Below the pieces are notes generated by a model, which ran no database searches, was not told where the DNA came from, and was given only the letters and a program-made list of their open reading frames with translations. Below are positions 18,158 to 27,480 of a DNA stretch of 64,000 nucleotides, in pieces. A program made the translations under genes and the position numbers. Numbering within the stretch: position 1 is the stretch's first letter; each line of letters opens with the position of its first letter. The stretch lies in assembly GCA_964360035.1 (NCBI GenBank), contig CAYHUJ010000001.1, forward strand, positions 2,176 to 66,175. Reading direction: 5' to 3'. The DNA is from an uncultured Candidatus Saccharibacteria bacterium. GTDB taxonomy: Bacteria; Patescibacteriota; Minisyncoccia; UBA6257; JACRHY01.

Positions 18158-18213
18158 AAAAAAAATCCCCGCGACCTCTTCTGAAATTTCAGAAGAGGTC
18201 GCGGGGGAAATAC
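18158..18213 (-). terminator. Strong rho-independent terminator (40-bp perfect palindrome plus a T-run on the minus strand)
   Basis: CCCCGCGACCTCTTCTGAAA/TTTCAGAAGAGGTCGCGGGG at 18166-18205, flanked by A8 on the plus strand. Confidence 0.6.
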
Positions 18214-18219
18214 CGCCGC

Positions 18220-18627
18220 TCATTCCCTGTTTAAAACTTTCGTTCCGGAGGCGATGGCGCCGCCGACGAGCAGAAAGATAATCCCCGTCGCGAGGACGGA
18301 CTTGTCCCAGGCGCCGAAATTCGCCGCCGCCGTCGTCACGGCCATCAGAAAGAAAGCGCCGATAATGGCGCAAAGACGGGCGGTAATCCCGCCGGCGAGT
18401 GTTGCGCCGAAAGGCGGCGGCGGCTTTTTTTCCGCCGCGGCAATGATTCTCGCGATTTTAATTTCCAGCGCGAAGCAAAGCAACCACGTCGTGGCGGCGA
18501 TGACGTAAAACCAGAAAAGCAATTTCGTTCCGTCGGCAAGCGCCGCGGCGGCGGATTCGCCGGAGAAGGCCGCGACAAAAAGCATTATCACGGTAAAACC
18601 GAACGCTCCGACTGAAGCGCAAATCAT
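18220..18627 (-). CDS. Hypothetical 4-TM membrane protein
   Basis: Hydrophobic profile; ATGA overlap with the upstream gene. Confidence 0.5.
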   Translation of the reverse strand: MICASVGAFGFTVIMLFVAAFSGESAAAALADGTKLLFWFYVIAATTWLLCFALEIKIARIIAAAEKKPPPPFGATLAGGITARLCAIIGAFFLMAVTTAAANFGAWDKSVLATGIIFLLVGGAIASGTKVLNRE

Positions 18628-19067
18628 CGTTTTCTCCTTTCTTGTTTTTGGCCGCCATCGTTCTTTTCGTTTTTGCCGTTGTTTTCAAGAGCGAAAAGCG
18701 AACCGTTTAGGGCGAACGCGAAAAGAAACAATCCGGCGCCCGTTAGAATGTTCGGCCAAAGCCAGCGCACCGCTCCGCCTCCGCTTTCAATTGATTCGCT
18801 CAATAGATAAGCGGCGCCGATAAAGCATCCTCGGACGGCCGCCTTCCCGGCCAATTTCAGAAAAATATTTCCGCCGACGACCCCCGTTATTTCTTTCCCG
18901 CCGGTGCGGACAATGTCTATGCCGACGGCCAGAAACCACAAAATCGTCAGAGCGACGTACCAGCAAAACAGAAAATCGGCCGCGCCGAGAAACACGGCAT
19001 AAAACGGTTCGCCGGTAATCAGCCAGCGGCCGGCGCCGTATAAAATCGCGATAGCCAGACCAACCAT
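18624..19067 (-). CDS. Hypothetical multi-TM membrane protein
   Basis: Hydrophobic profile; operon partner of 18220..18627. Confidence 0.5.
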   Translation of the reverse strand: MVGLAIAILYGAGRWLITGEPFYAVFLGAADFLFCWYVALTILWFLAVGIDIVRTGGKEITGVVGGNIFLKLAGKAAVRGCFIGAAYLLSESIESGGGAVRWLWPNILTGAGLFLFAFALNGSLFALENNGKNEKNDGGQKQERRKR

Positions 19068-19310
19068 CTTCCGCCTCCTTATTTGGGGTGTTATAGGACT
19101 GAATTTATTAGAACGCTTTTTACCGCTCTTTTCAAGTCAATGTATATACGGAAAGGCTTTTCGGTAAAAATTAAAAAATTCTTTAGCCGCTAAAGAAGCG
19201 CGGCTGTATAGATTTTCGTAAATCCTTTGATGCCGGCATATTCGCGACGTTGACGATGAAAAAACTCCATAAAGCGGGGTTTTTATGGAGTCCGGAAGGT
19301 ATCTGGCATT

Positions 19311-20558
19311 ATGCGCAAAAATATCCTAAAATCATTTTCAATGAAGTATCTTCTTGGAGCGTTATTTTTGGTTGTTTCCGGCGCCGGATTTTTTTTATTT
19401 TGGCGGGCGGACAACGTTTCCGAGTTCGCCCTTTTTTCCGCTTCCACCACTCCCGCGGAAGTCCAGCCGGCCGGAAATCCGAAAAATTCCGAAATCAAGC
19501 CCGGCGCCGACATTGAACCGCAAAAACCGCTGGTAAATCCGCCGGCGAAAATAAAAGCGGTTTACGCCACCAGCTGGGTCGCCGGCACGCCGTCAATGTT
19601 TGAACGCCTCGTCAACATCGCCAAAACCACCGAAATAAACGCCATCGTCATTGACGTTAAAGATTACTCCGGATATGTCGCTTACGACATCAAAAATGAC
19701 GCGGCGGAGCGGTATAAAGCGAAAGAAATCAGGATTCCCAAAATAAATTCCTTGATAAAGCGCCTGCACGACGGCAATATTTACGTCATCGCCAGAATCA
19801 GCGTTTTCCAGGACCCGCGGCTGGCGGCGGCCCGTCCCGATTTGGCGGTTAAAAGCAAAAAAAACGGCAAAACGTGGCGCGACAAGAAAAATCTTTCGTG
19901 GGTTGATGCGGCTTCCGAAGAGGCGTGGGAATATAACATCGCCGTCGCCAAAGACGCGGCCGGCCGGGGATTTGACGAAATAAATTTTGATTATATCCGC
20001 TTTCCTTCGGACGGAAATCTTAACGACGCCGATTTCCCTTTTTGGAACGAAAAATCGCCGCGCCGCGAAACGCTCCAAAAATTTTTTCGCCGCCTCAACG
20101 AGGAACTGTCGGGCATTCCCATCTCCGCCGATCTTTTCGGGCTGACGACCACCGGCGCCGACGATTTGGGAATCGGCCAGGTGCTGGAAGACGCTTTCGG
20201 AAATTTTGATTACGTCGCGCCGATGGTTTATCCGTCGCATTTCGCGAACGGCACTTTCGGATTCAAAAATCCCGCCGCTCATCCTTACGAAGTCGTCAAA
20301 AATTCAATGGAGAGCGCCTCTAAGAGGCTTGACGCTTTTTATAACGCGACGACGACGCGGGCGGAAATAAATAATTCAAATTCCGCGGTCCGCTTTTCAA
20401 AATTGCGGCCGTGGCTTCAGGATTTTGACCTCGGAGCCGATTATGACGCTAAAATGGTCAAAGCCCAGATTGAGGCGAGCGCGGAGGCGAAGAGTGCCGG
20501 TTGGATGCTTTGGGACCCGAAAAACGTCTATACGAAAGAGGCTTTAATAAGCGAATAA
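19311..20558 (+). CDS. Putative glycoside hydrolase-like TIM-barrel protein (DUF4015/GHL family), secreted
   Basis: KAVYATSW...TEINAIVIDVKD...ARISVFQD...GFDEINFDYIRFP pattern typical of this family. Confidence 0.6.
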   Translation: MRKNILKSFSMKYLLGALFLVVSGAGFFLFWRADNVSEFALFSASTTPAEVQPAGNPKNSEIKPGADIEPQKPLVNPPAKIKAVYATSWVAGTPSMFERLVNIAKTTEINAIVIDVKDYSGYVAYDIKNDAAERYKAKEIRIPKINSLIKRLHDGNIYVIARISVFQDPRLAAARPDLAVKSKKNGKTWRDKKNLSWVDAASEEAWEYNIAVAKDAAGRGFDEINFDYIRFPSDGNLNDADFPFWNEKSPRRETLQKFFRRLNEELSGIPISADLFGLTTTGADDLGIGQVLEDAFGNFDYVAPMVYPSHFANGTFGFKNPAAHPYEVVKNSMESASKRLDAFYNATTTRAEINNSNSAVRFSKLRPWLQDFDLGADYDAKMVKAQIEASAEAKSAGWMLWDPKNVYTKEALISE

Positions 20559-20559
20559 A

Positions 20560-21279
20560 ATGGTCTACGAATATAAAACGGAAAAATTTTCCGGCCCGCT
20601 GGAGAAACTTCTGGAACTGATTGAAGGAAGAAAGCTGGACGTGTCCGAATTGAGTTTGGCGGAAGTGACCGCCGATTTTTTGAATTATCTCAAAACAATC
20701 GGCGCCGTTTCGCCGAAAATCTTGGCCGATTTCGTCGTCGTCGCTTCCCGCCTCGTTTTAATAAAATCCAAAGCTCTTTTGCCGGCTCTCCAGATCAGCG
20801 AAGAGGAGCGGGCGGACATCAAAGACCTTGAAAACCGGCTGAAAATTTACCGCGAAGTCAAAAACGCCGGCGTCGGTGTCCGGCGCCTGTGGGAGAGCCG
20901 CGCCGCCTTGTTCTCGCGCGAGCTTTTTACTAAACTGTCATGGTCGCCGGACGGAAAGTTGTTTTTTCCGGGTGAAAACTTAAATGCCGACGCTCTCGCC
21001 GCCGCCGCCAAAAATATTCTGAACATTCTTCAGGAATTCGCCCGCGAAACGGAGAACGTCAAGCTGGAAATCGTCACCCTGGAAGACAAAATGAGCGAAC
21101 TCGTTTCCCGCGTGGCGGAAACGGCGCGTTTCGGATTTAAAGAACTGACCGACAAAAAAAATAAAATGGAGATCATCGTCACCTTTCTGGCCATTCTCCA
21201 TCTTTTGAAAGAGCAGCTTATCAGCGTTGAGCAGGAAAACGCTTTTGCCGACATCATCATCGCGAAAAACCGCCCCTGA
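20560..21279 (+). CDS. scpA: Segregation and condensation protein A
   Basis: Kleisin N-terminal pattern and position upstream of scpB. Confidence 0.8.
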   Translation: MVYEYKTEKFSGPLEKLLELIEGRKLDVSELSLAEVTADFLNYLKTIGAVSPKILADFVVVASRLVLIKSKALLPALQISEEERADIKDLENRLKIYREVKNAGVGVRRLWESRAALFSRELFTKLSWSPDGKLFFPGENLNADALAAAAKNILNILQEFARETENVKLEIVTLEDKMSELVSRVAETARFGFKELTDKKNKMEIIVTFLAILHLLKEQLISVEQENAFADIIIAKNRP

Positions 21280-21296
21280 TCTCGTTTATAAAAATT

Positions 21297-21875
21297 ATGG
21301 AAGAAAACAAAAATAATCCCGAAACGGAAAAAATCACGGCCGCTCTGGAGGCGATTTTGTTCATTTACGGCGAACCGCTTGAATTCAAAAAAGCGCTCGC
21401 TCTTTTGGGAACGGAAAAAGAAAAATTATCGGAAGCTTACAAGTCGCTGGAGCGGTCTCTTGACGCCGAAAACCGGGGGCTGACGCTGGTTTATTCCGGA
21501 GATTACGACAGGGCGCAACTGGCCACCAAGGCGGATTTTTCTCCTCTGGCCGCCGCCGTCCTGAAATCGGAGTTGAGCGAAAACCTGACTTCCGCCGCCA
21601 TTGACGCTCTGACCATCGTCTGTTACGCCGGTCCCGTTTCCCGCGCGGAAATTGACTACATCCGCGGCGTTAATTCCGGTTTTATTCTGCGAAGTCTGAT
21701 GATTCGGGGTCTTGTTGACCGCGTTCCCCATCCCCAAAAAGGCAACGCCGTTTTATATCAGCCGAGTTTTGGACTGCTGAAATTGCTGGGCGTCGGAAAG
21801 GCGGAACGCCTTCCCGAATATCAAAAATTCCGGGATATTTTTAAAATAACGCAAGAGAAAAATGGAGAGGAGTAA
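21297..21875 (+). CDS. scpB: Segregation and condensation protein B
   Basis: EAILFIYGEPL and VSRAEIDYIRGV winged-helix patterns. Confidence 0.8.
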   Translation: MEENKNNPETEKITAALEAILFIYGEPLEFKKALALLGTEKEKLSEAYKSLERSLDAENRGLTLVYSGDYDRAQLATKADFSPLAAAVLKSELSENLTSAAIDALTIVCYAGPVSRAEIDYIRGVNSGFILRSLMIRGLVDRVPHPQKGNAVLYQPSFGLLKLLGVGKAERLPEYQKFRDIFKITQEKNGEE

Positions 21876-22920
21876 TTTTTTAAGTTTCGCTTTCGCGGCG
21901 ACGGTGATGGCGTCCATTTTACTTTCGGGTTTTTTTGCCGGCGGCGAAAACGGCAATGCGCAAAATCCGGCGGATTTTTCGGCGATTGCCGCCGATAAAA
22001 TGGAAAATTCCATTTCGGCAACCAGCGTTTCCGTTCCCGAGCGAAACGGCGAATCGTCCGGGCCGGAAGCGGCTTTTGTTTCTCCGCGAAGCGAAGAACT
22101 GACCGAAGCGGCGCTTGCCGGCGCGGCTCCGGTGGGTAAACTTTTTTCCGAAAAAAACGCCGGTTTACCGTTGCGCGACTCCGGCGTTGAAAATCCGGAC
22201 GTCGGCGCCGCCGCGGCGGCGGCTTTTGACATTGAAAGCGGCTACGTTCTTTTTTCTTATAACGGCGAACGGCGCTGGCCGACGGCGTCTCTTGTCAAGC
22301 TTCTGACGGCCGTCGTCGCGATTGAAAAAATAGGGGAAGATTCGGCCGTTGCCGTCAGCGAACGCGCCGTCGCTTCCGAGGGGCTGGCCGGCGGATTAAA
22401 AGCCGGCGAACGCTATCCGGCCGGCGATTTGATAAAACTGATGCTTGCCGCTTCCAGCAACGACGCCGCTTTTGCGCTGGCGGAGCATTACGGTTATGAA
22501 AATTTCATTGCGGCGATGCGGGAAAAAACCGCCGCTCTGGAAATGCGGAATACCTTCGTTTCCGATCCGACCGGCTTGTCGGTTTTAAACCAATCCACTC
22601 CGCCCGATCTGGAAAAACTGGTAATTTACATTCTGATAAAACATCCGCAAATTTTTGACGCTACCCGCCGGCAGAAAATTACCGTCAGGGAGATCGGTTC
22701 CGGAACGAAAAAAACCGCCGTGAACATCAATCTTTTCGCCGGCCGAAGCGATTTTTTGGGCGGCAAAACCGGATACACCGATGAATCCGGCGGCAATCTC
22801 GCTTCGCTTTTCGCGTTAAACGGCCGCCGGATTTTATTCGTCGTTTTCGGAGCCGCCGACCGGTTCGGAGAAACGGAGCGGATGTTAAGCTGGATTAAAA
22901 AAGCGTATAATTTCAATTAA
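21862..22920 (+). CDS. D-alanyl-D-alanine carboxypeptidase (S11, PBP5-like)
   Basis: SLVKLLT (SxxK), SSND (SxN) and KTGYT (KTG) motifs. Confidence 0.8.
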   Translation: MERSNFLSFAFAATVMASILLSGFFAGGENGNAQNPADFSAIAADKMENSISATSVSVPERNGESSGPEAAFVSPRSEELTEAALAGAAPVGKLFSEKNAGLPLRDSGVENPDVGAAAAAAFDIESGYVLFSYNGERRWPTASLVKLLTAVVAIEKIGEDSAVAVSERAVASEGLAGGLKAGERYPAGDLIKLMLAASSNDAAFALAEHYGYENFIAAMREKTAALEMRNTFVSDPTGLSVLNQSTPPDLEKLVIYILIKHPQIFDATRRQKITVREIGSGTKKTAVNINLFAGRSDFLGGKTGYTDESGGNLASLFALNGRRILFVVFGAADRFGETERMLSWIKKAYNFN

Positions 22921-22935
22921 TTTACGGAACTTGCG

Positions 22936-23979
22936 ATGGAAATTCTGCAATCAATCAGGGTATTGGGAACAATCACGGCGGCCTTCGCTCTCGCTTTGCT
23001 GTTTACGCCGGTTTTGACGAAAATTCTTTTTAAATATCAAATCGCCAAGCAAATCCGGTCAAGCGAATCCGCCCCGATTTTTTCGCGAATGCACCAGAAA
23101 AAAGCGGGAACGCCGACGATGGGCGGCATTTTAATCTGGTTTACGGTTTTCGTTTTGGCGGTGGCTTTTGCCGTCCTGGACTGGCTTTTTGACGGCTTTT
23201 TCGGCTACCTGAATTTCGTAGACCGCGCTCAGACCTATCTTCCGCTGGCCGCGTTGCTTATCGCCGCCGTCATCGGCCTTATTGACGATCTTTTCGGCGT
23301 GATGAAGAAAGGCGAAAAAGGCGGAGGGCTGACCGTGGCGCATAAGCTGGCCATTTACGCCGTCATTGCCGCCTTGGGAGCGTGGTGGTTTTATTTTCGT
23401 CTGGACTGGGACGTTCTCTACGTTCCCTTTTTCGGCTACTACGAAATCGGACTCTGGTACGTCCCCATTTTTATGTTTGTCATCGTCGCCAGCGCTTTTT
23501 CCGCCAACGAAACGGACGGGTTGGACGGTCTGGCGGGAGGGGTGCTTTTATTCACCTTCGGAGCGTTGACGACGGTTTCTTTCGCGCTCGGCCGTTACGA
23601 TCTGGCGGTGATGAGCGGGGCGATAATGGGAGCGCTCTTGGCTTTTTTGTGGTTCAACGTCTATCCGGCGCGGTTTTTTATGGGGGACACCGGCTCAATG
23701 TCGCTCGGAATAACGATGGGAGTCATCGCCATGCTGACCAACTCCGCTCTTTTTTTGCCGTTTTTCGCCGTTATTCCGGTCATTGAGTCGCTCTCGGTCA
23801 TCGTTCAGCTGGCCAGTAAAAAACTTTTCGGCGGGAAAATTTTCCTTTCCACCCCCGTCCATCATCACTTTGAAGCGATTGGCTGGCCGGAAACGAAAGT
23901 CACGATGCGCTTTTGGATCGTCTCTGTCGTTTTTACCGGCTTGGGAATGGCTTTATTTTTCCTCGCGAGGTTTTTTTAA
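22936..23979 (+). CDS. mraY: Phospho-N-acetylmuramoyl-pentapeptide transferase
   Basis: GTPTMGG, ETDGLDGLAGG, FMGDTGS and HHHFE motifs. Confidence 0.9.
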   Translation: MEILQSIRVLGTITAAFALALLFTPVLTKILFKYQIAKQIRSSESAPIFSRMHQKKAGTPTMGGILIWFTVFVLAVAFAVLDWLFDGFFGYLNFVDRAQTYLPLAALLIAAVIGLIDDLFGVMKKGEKGGGLTVAHKLAIYAVIAALGAWWFYFRLDWDVLYVPFFGYYEIGLWYVPIFMFVIVASAFSANETDGLDGLAGGVLLFTFGALTTVSFALGRYDLAVMSGAIMGALLAFLWFNVYPARFFMGDTGSMSLGITMGVIAMLTNSALFLPFFAVIPVIESLSVIVQLASKKLFGGKIFLSTPVHHHFEAIGWPETKVTMRFWIVSVVFTGLGMALFFLARFF

Positions 23980-24134
23980 GAACGCCGCTGGTCGTCGGGA
24001 TGGTTCGCTCAACATCGATTTTTTAAAAAACCGCCCTATGCGCGTGCGCATTACCTAGTTGCCTTGACAAACTATCAGAAAAGAATTTTAATTAAAAAAT
24101 TAGTTCGTTAACAAAAAAACTGAGGAGGGCAGTT

Positions 24135-24452
24135 ATGGAATGTCATGGTTCAATGGAGATGATGAGGATAGAAAAACGTCGCGATCCGCTTTGGTGGATC
24201 GGGGTTTTTGTGGGTTTGATAACCCACTGCCCTTATTGCGGCGGTGAGATAGATTTGGCAGCCGATGAAATCATCCGGCATTTTTGCCGACGGCTGCCCC
24301 GGACGGATCAGCCAAAAATCAACGTCTCCGTCAATGAAGACGGAGCGGTTTTGATTTTCTCCTCCCAAAGGGGAGACGGAATCAGAGTAGCTGGGCGGCT
24401 TCTGGAGCTCGGCATCCCGGCGGGCAAGATATTTGTGTTCGCCCCCAACTAA
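24135..24452 (+). CDS. Small hypothetical protein with a CPYCGG zinc-ribbon-like motif
   Basis: Strong SD (GAGGAGGG) 7 nt upstream of the ATG, in an AT-rich intergenic insert. Confidence 0.45.
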   Translation: MECHGSMEMMRIEKRRDPLWWIGVFVGLITHCPYCGGEIDLAADEIIRHFCRRLPRTDQPKINVSVNEDGAVLIFSSQRGDGIRVAGRLLELGIPAGKIFVFAPN

Positions 24453-24464
24453 AAGGAGGAAAAG

Positions 24465-24668
24465 ATGAAGAAAAAGAAATGGGCCAGGGACGGCTGGATG
24501 AGTGCCCTTCGGAATTACTCTTGCCGTTTCTGCGGCAAGGCAATCCCGAAGGGAACCCGGTATTTCCGGGTGGCCTCGGAACGGGGGCCATACAACCCGT
24601 TTAACCCTCCGCCAGGCGCGTACTGCGAGGAGGCCTGCGTCGGGCAGGAGCACTGGAAGGGGGTGTAA
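24465..24668 (+). CDS. Small hypothetical Cys-containing protein (CRFCGK...CEEAC)
   Basis: Strong SD (AAGGAGG) upstream, and a rho-independent terminator immediately downstream. Confidence 0.45.
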   Translation: MKKKKWARDGWMSALRNYSCRFCGKAIPKGTRYFRVASERGPYNPFNPPPGAYCEEACVGQEHWKGV

Positions 24669-24675
24669 GTTTGTC

Positions 24676-24705
24676 GGCGGGGATAAAAACCCCGCCCTTT
24701 TTTTA
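24676..24705 (+). terminator. Rho-independent terminator
   Basis: GGCGGGG-ATAAAAA-CCCCGCC followed by T8. Confidence 0.6.
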
Positions 24706-24744
24706 TTTATGATATGATTATTTTTTCCGGCGATTTTTGCTATA

Positions 24745-26274
24745 ATGTTTCCAATGACCATTATTATCAAAGGAGCTCAGATTATTGACGGGACCGGCAA
24801 ACCGCCGACCGTGGCCGATGTTCTGATCAAGGGCGACCGGATAAGCGCCATCGGCGATTTTTCCGCCAAAAAAGCCGAAGAAGTGATTGACCTGCGCGGC
24901 ACGGGAGCGTTTCTTACTCCCGGATTCATTGACGTCAATACCGATTCCGACCACTACTTAAGCATTTTTACCAATCCCGAACAGGAAAATTTCCTGCTGC
25001 AGGGAGTAACGACAATTATCGGCGGAAATTGCGGTTCTTCGCTGGCGCCGCTTATCCGGGGCACCCTTGAATCAATAAGAAAATGGACCGATACCGATTT
25101 GATAAACGTCAACTGGCAGTCGGTGGCCGAATTTCTTTCGGAATTGGAAAAAATAAAACTCGGGGTTAATTTCGGCACTCTCATCGGCCACTCCACCGTC
25201 CGCCGCGGCCTTTTGGGAGAAATACCGCGCGATCTTTCCGCCGAAGAAATGCGCGTCGTTAAAAATCTCGTGGAAAAAGGGCTGGAAGAAGGCGCTTTCG
25301 GCCTGTCCACCGGCTTAAGCTACGCTCACGCCAAAATGACGCCCTACCTTGAAATTAAAACGCTCACGGAAGCGGTCGCGAAATATAAGGGGGTTTACGC
25401 CACTCATTTGCGCAACGAACGCAGTAAAATCGCCCAATCCGTGGAGGAAACCGTCAAAGTCGCCAAAGAGAACGGCCTGAAAGCGGAAATAAGCCATCTG
25501 CGGCCGATACTCGGCTTTGAGCGGGAATTTGAAGAAGCGCTAAAACTGATAGACGAAAGCTTAACCGACGCCGACGTTACTTTTGACGCTTATCCTTTTG
25601 ACAGCAGCGTTGTGCCGGTTTACACTCTTCTGCCGAGCTGGGCCCGTCACGGAAATCTGGAAAAAATGGTTGAGCTGCTTAAAACCGCCGCCAATCGTGA
25701 ACGGATAATCGGGGATATGCCGAAGCTGACCGGCGAAGAAATAACGATTGCCGCCGCGCCGAAAAACGAATTTTTGATAGGAAAAACGCTGAAAGAATTT
25801 TCCGAAAATCAGGGGCTGTCGCCGCTTGAAGGCGTTATCCGGCTGATGCGGGTGACCAATCTGCGCGCCGTCGTTTTTTACCGGAACGTCAATTTTGATT
25901 ATCTGAAAAAAGCCCTCGGCCACGAGCGTTGTATCGTCGCTTCCAACGGCGGAGCGATGCCGGCGGGGCGGGCGGGGATCGCCGCCGAAAAAGTTTTGAA
26001 CCACGAACGTTCTTACAATACGTTCCCGAAATTTTTGGAAATCGTTTCCGGCGAAAATCAAATGCCGATTGAAAAAGCCGTCAATAAAATCACCGGATTG
26101 CCCGCCCGAAAATTCGGAATTAAAGACAGTGGTATCATCGCCGAAGGAAAATGCGCCGATTTGGCCGTCATCCAGAACAATAAAATAAGCGCCGTCATCG
26201 TCAACGGAAAAATCGCCGTCAAAAACGGGGAGTTTCAAAACGTTTCCGCCGGAAAAGTTTTGCGCCGGAAATAA
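24745..26274 (+). CDS. Amidohydrolase-family protein, D-aminoacylase-like, with a non-canonical metal site
   Basis: IKGAQIIDGTG...PGFIDVNTDSDH N-terminal pattern. The usual HxH is replaced by NxD (VNT). Confidence 0.75.
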   Translation: MFPMTIIIKGAQIIDGTGKPPTVADVLIKGDRISAIGDFSAKKAEEVIDLRGTGAFLTPGFIDVNTDSDHYLSIFTNPEQENFLLQGVTTIIGGNCGSSLAPLIRGTLESIRKWTDTDLINVNWQSVAEFLSELEKIKLGVNFGTLIGHSTVRRGLLGEIPRDLSAEEMRVVKNLVEKGLEEGAFGLSTGLSYAHAKMTPYLEIKTLTEAVAKYKGVYATHLRNERSKIAQSVEETVKVAKENGLKAEISHLRPILGFEREFEEALKLIDESLTDADVTFDAYPFDSSVVPVYTLLPSWARHGNLEKMVELLKTAANRERIIGDMPKLTGEEITIAAAPKNEFLIGKTLKEFSENQGLSPLEGVIRLMRVTNLRAVVFYRNVNFDYLKKALGHERCIVASNGGAMPAGRAGIAAEKVLNHERSYNTFPKFLEIVSGENQMPIEKAVNKITGLPARKFGIKDSGIIAEGKCADLAVIQNNKISAVIVNGKIAVKNGEFQNVSAGKVLRRK

Positions 26275-26299
26275 AAAGCCCGTTCCGCGCAATAAATCA

Positions 26300-27436
26300 A
26301 TGGCGAAAATATTGCGAAAACTGAAAATTCCGGCGATAGGCGGGGGAGCGCGCGGGCGCAACCCCGATTATTTCATCGTCGTCATCGCCGCCGCCATCGT
26401 TCTTTTCGGCCTGGCGATGCTTTCAAGCGCGTCGTCCGATCTGGGAAAAATAAGATTTGGGGACACTTATTATTATCTCAAGCATCAGGTCGCTTATGGA
26501 TTTTCCATCGGCGCCGCCGGTTTCGTTTTCGGAGCCGCGATTTACTACCGGCGCTGGCAAAAATTGGCCGCGATTTTGCTCGCCGTCAACGTCGTTTTTC
26601 TTCTGGCAATTTTTCTGGGATTCGGATTTAAGGCGGGGGGAGCGGAACGGTGGCTGAAAATCGGGCCTTTTCTGTTTCAGCCGTCGGAAATGCTCAAGCT
26701 GACTTTTATGTTTTATTTGGCCGCCTGGCTCGCCGCCTCCGCGAAAAGAACTAAAAGTTTTTGGGAGGGATTTTTGCCGCTCATCGTTTTAGCCGGAGCC
26801 ATCGCCCTGCTTTTGATTTTCCAGCCCTCAACCAGCACCGTCGTAATTATTCTGTTTTCGGGGGCTATCGTTTATTTTCTCAGCGGCGCCAAGCTGCGCT
26901 ACATTGCCGGTCTGTTCCTGCTGGGAACGGCCGGGTTTTTGTCGTTGATTTTTATCTCGCCCTACCGCTTTGAGAGAATGACGGCGTTTATGAATCCCGC
27001 CGCCGACGTCCAAGGGGCGGGTTTTCACATCAATCAGGCGCTTATCGCCGTCGGTTCCGGCGGTTTGTGGGGAACGGGATACGGGCAATCCACCAGCAAA
27101 TTCAGCTATCTTCCGGAGCCGATAGGCGATTCCATATTCGTCGTCATCGCCGAGGAGCTGGGTTTTATCGGGGCGGCTGTTTTTACGGCAGCGTTCTTTT
27201 TTTTGGTTTTCCGGGGCTTTCTCGTCGCCTGGCGGTGTCGGGAGCAATTCGGGCGGCTTCTCGCGGCGGGAATCGTTTCCGTCATCGCCATTCAGACCGT
27301 CATTCACATCGGGGCCAATATCGGCATTTTGCCGCTCACCGGCGTCCCTCTGCCGCTTGTCAGCTACGGAGGCACGTCGCTCGCGGTTTTTATGACCGCG
27401 CTGGGAATTCTCGTCAATATCTCAAAATACTCCTGA
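26300..27436 (+). CDS. ftsW: SEDS-family peptidoglycan glycosyltransferase FtsW/RodA
   Basis: Ten-TM profile and the C-terminal GVPLPLVSYGGTS motif. Confidence 0.85.
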   Translation: MAKILRKLKIPAIGGGARGRNPDYFIVVIAAAIVLFGLAMLSSASSDLGKIRFGDTYYYLKHQVAYGFSIGAAGFVFGAAIYYRRWQKLAAILLAVNVVFLLAIFLGFGFKAGGAERWLKIGPFLFQPSEMLKLTFMFYLAAWLAASAKRTKSFWEGFLPLIVLAGAIALLLIFQPSTSTVVIILFSGAIVYFLSGAKLRYIAGLFLLGTAGFLSLIFISPYRFERMTAFMNPAADVQGAGFHINQALIAVGSGGLWGTGYGQSTSKFSYLPEPIGDSIFVVIAEELGFIGAAVFTAAFFFLVFRGFLVAWRCREQFGRLLAAGIVSVIAIQTVIHIGANIGILPLTGVPLPLVSYGGTSLAVFMTALGILVNISKYS

Positions 27437-27480
27437 AGCAAACGTTGGCGGAAAGCCGATTTTCCTGTTAAAATTAACTC

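Noticed and set aside
18146-18373. Upstream extension of the VIT-family ORF to 18373
   Set aside because: It reads through the 40-bp terminator palindrome and gives R-rich low-complexity sequence.
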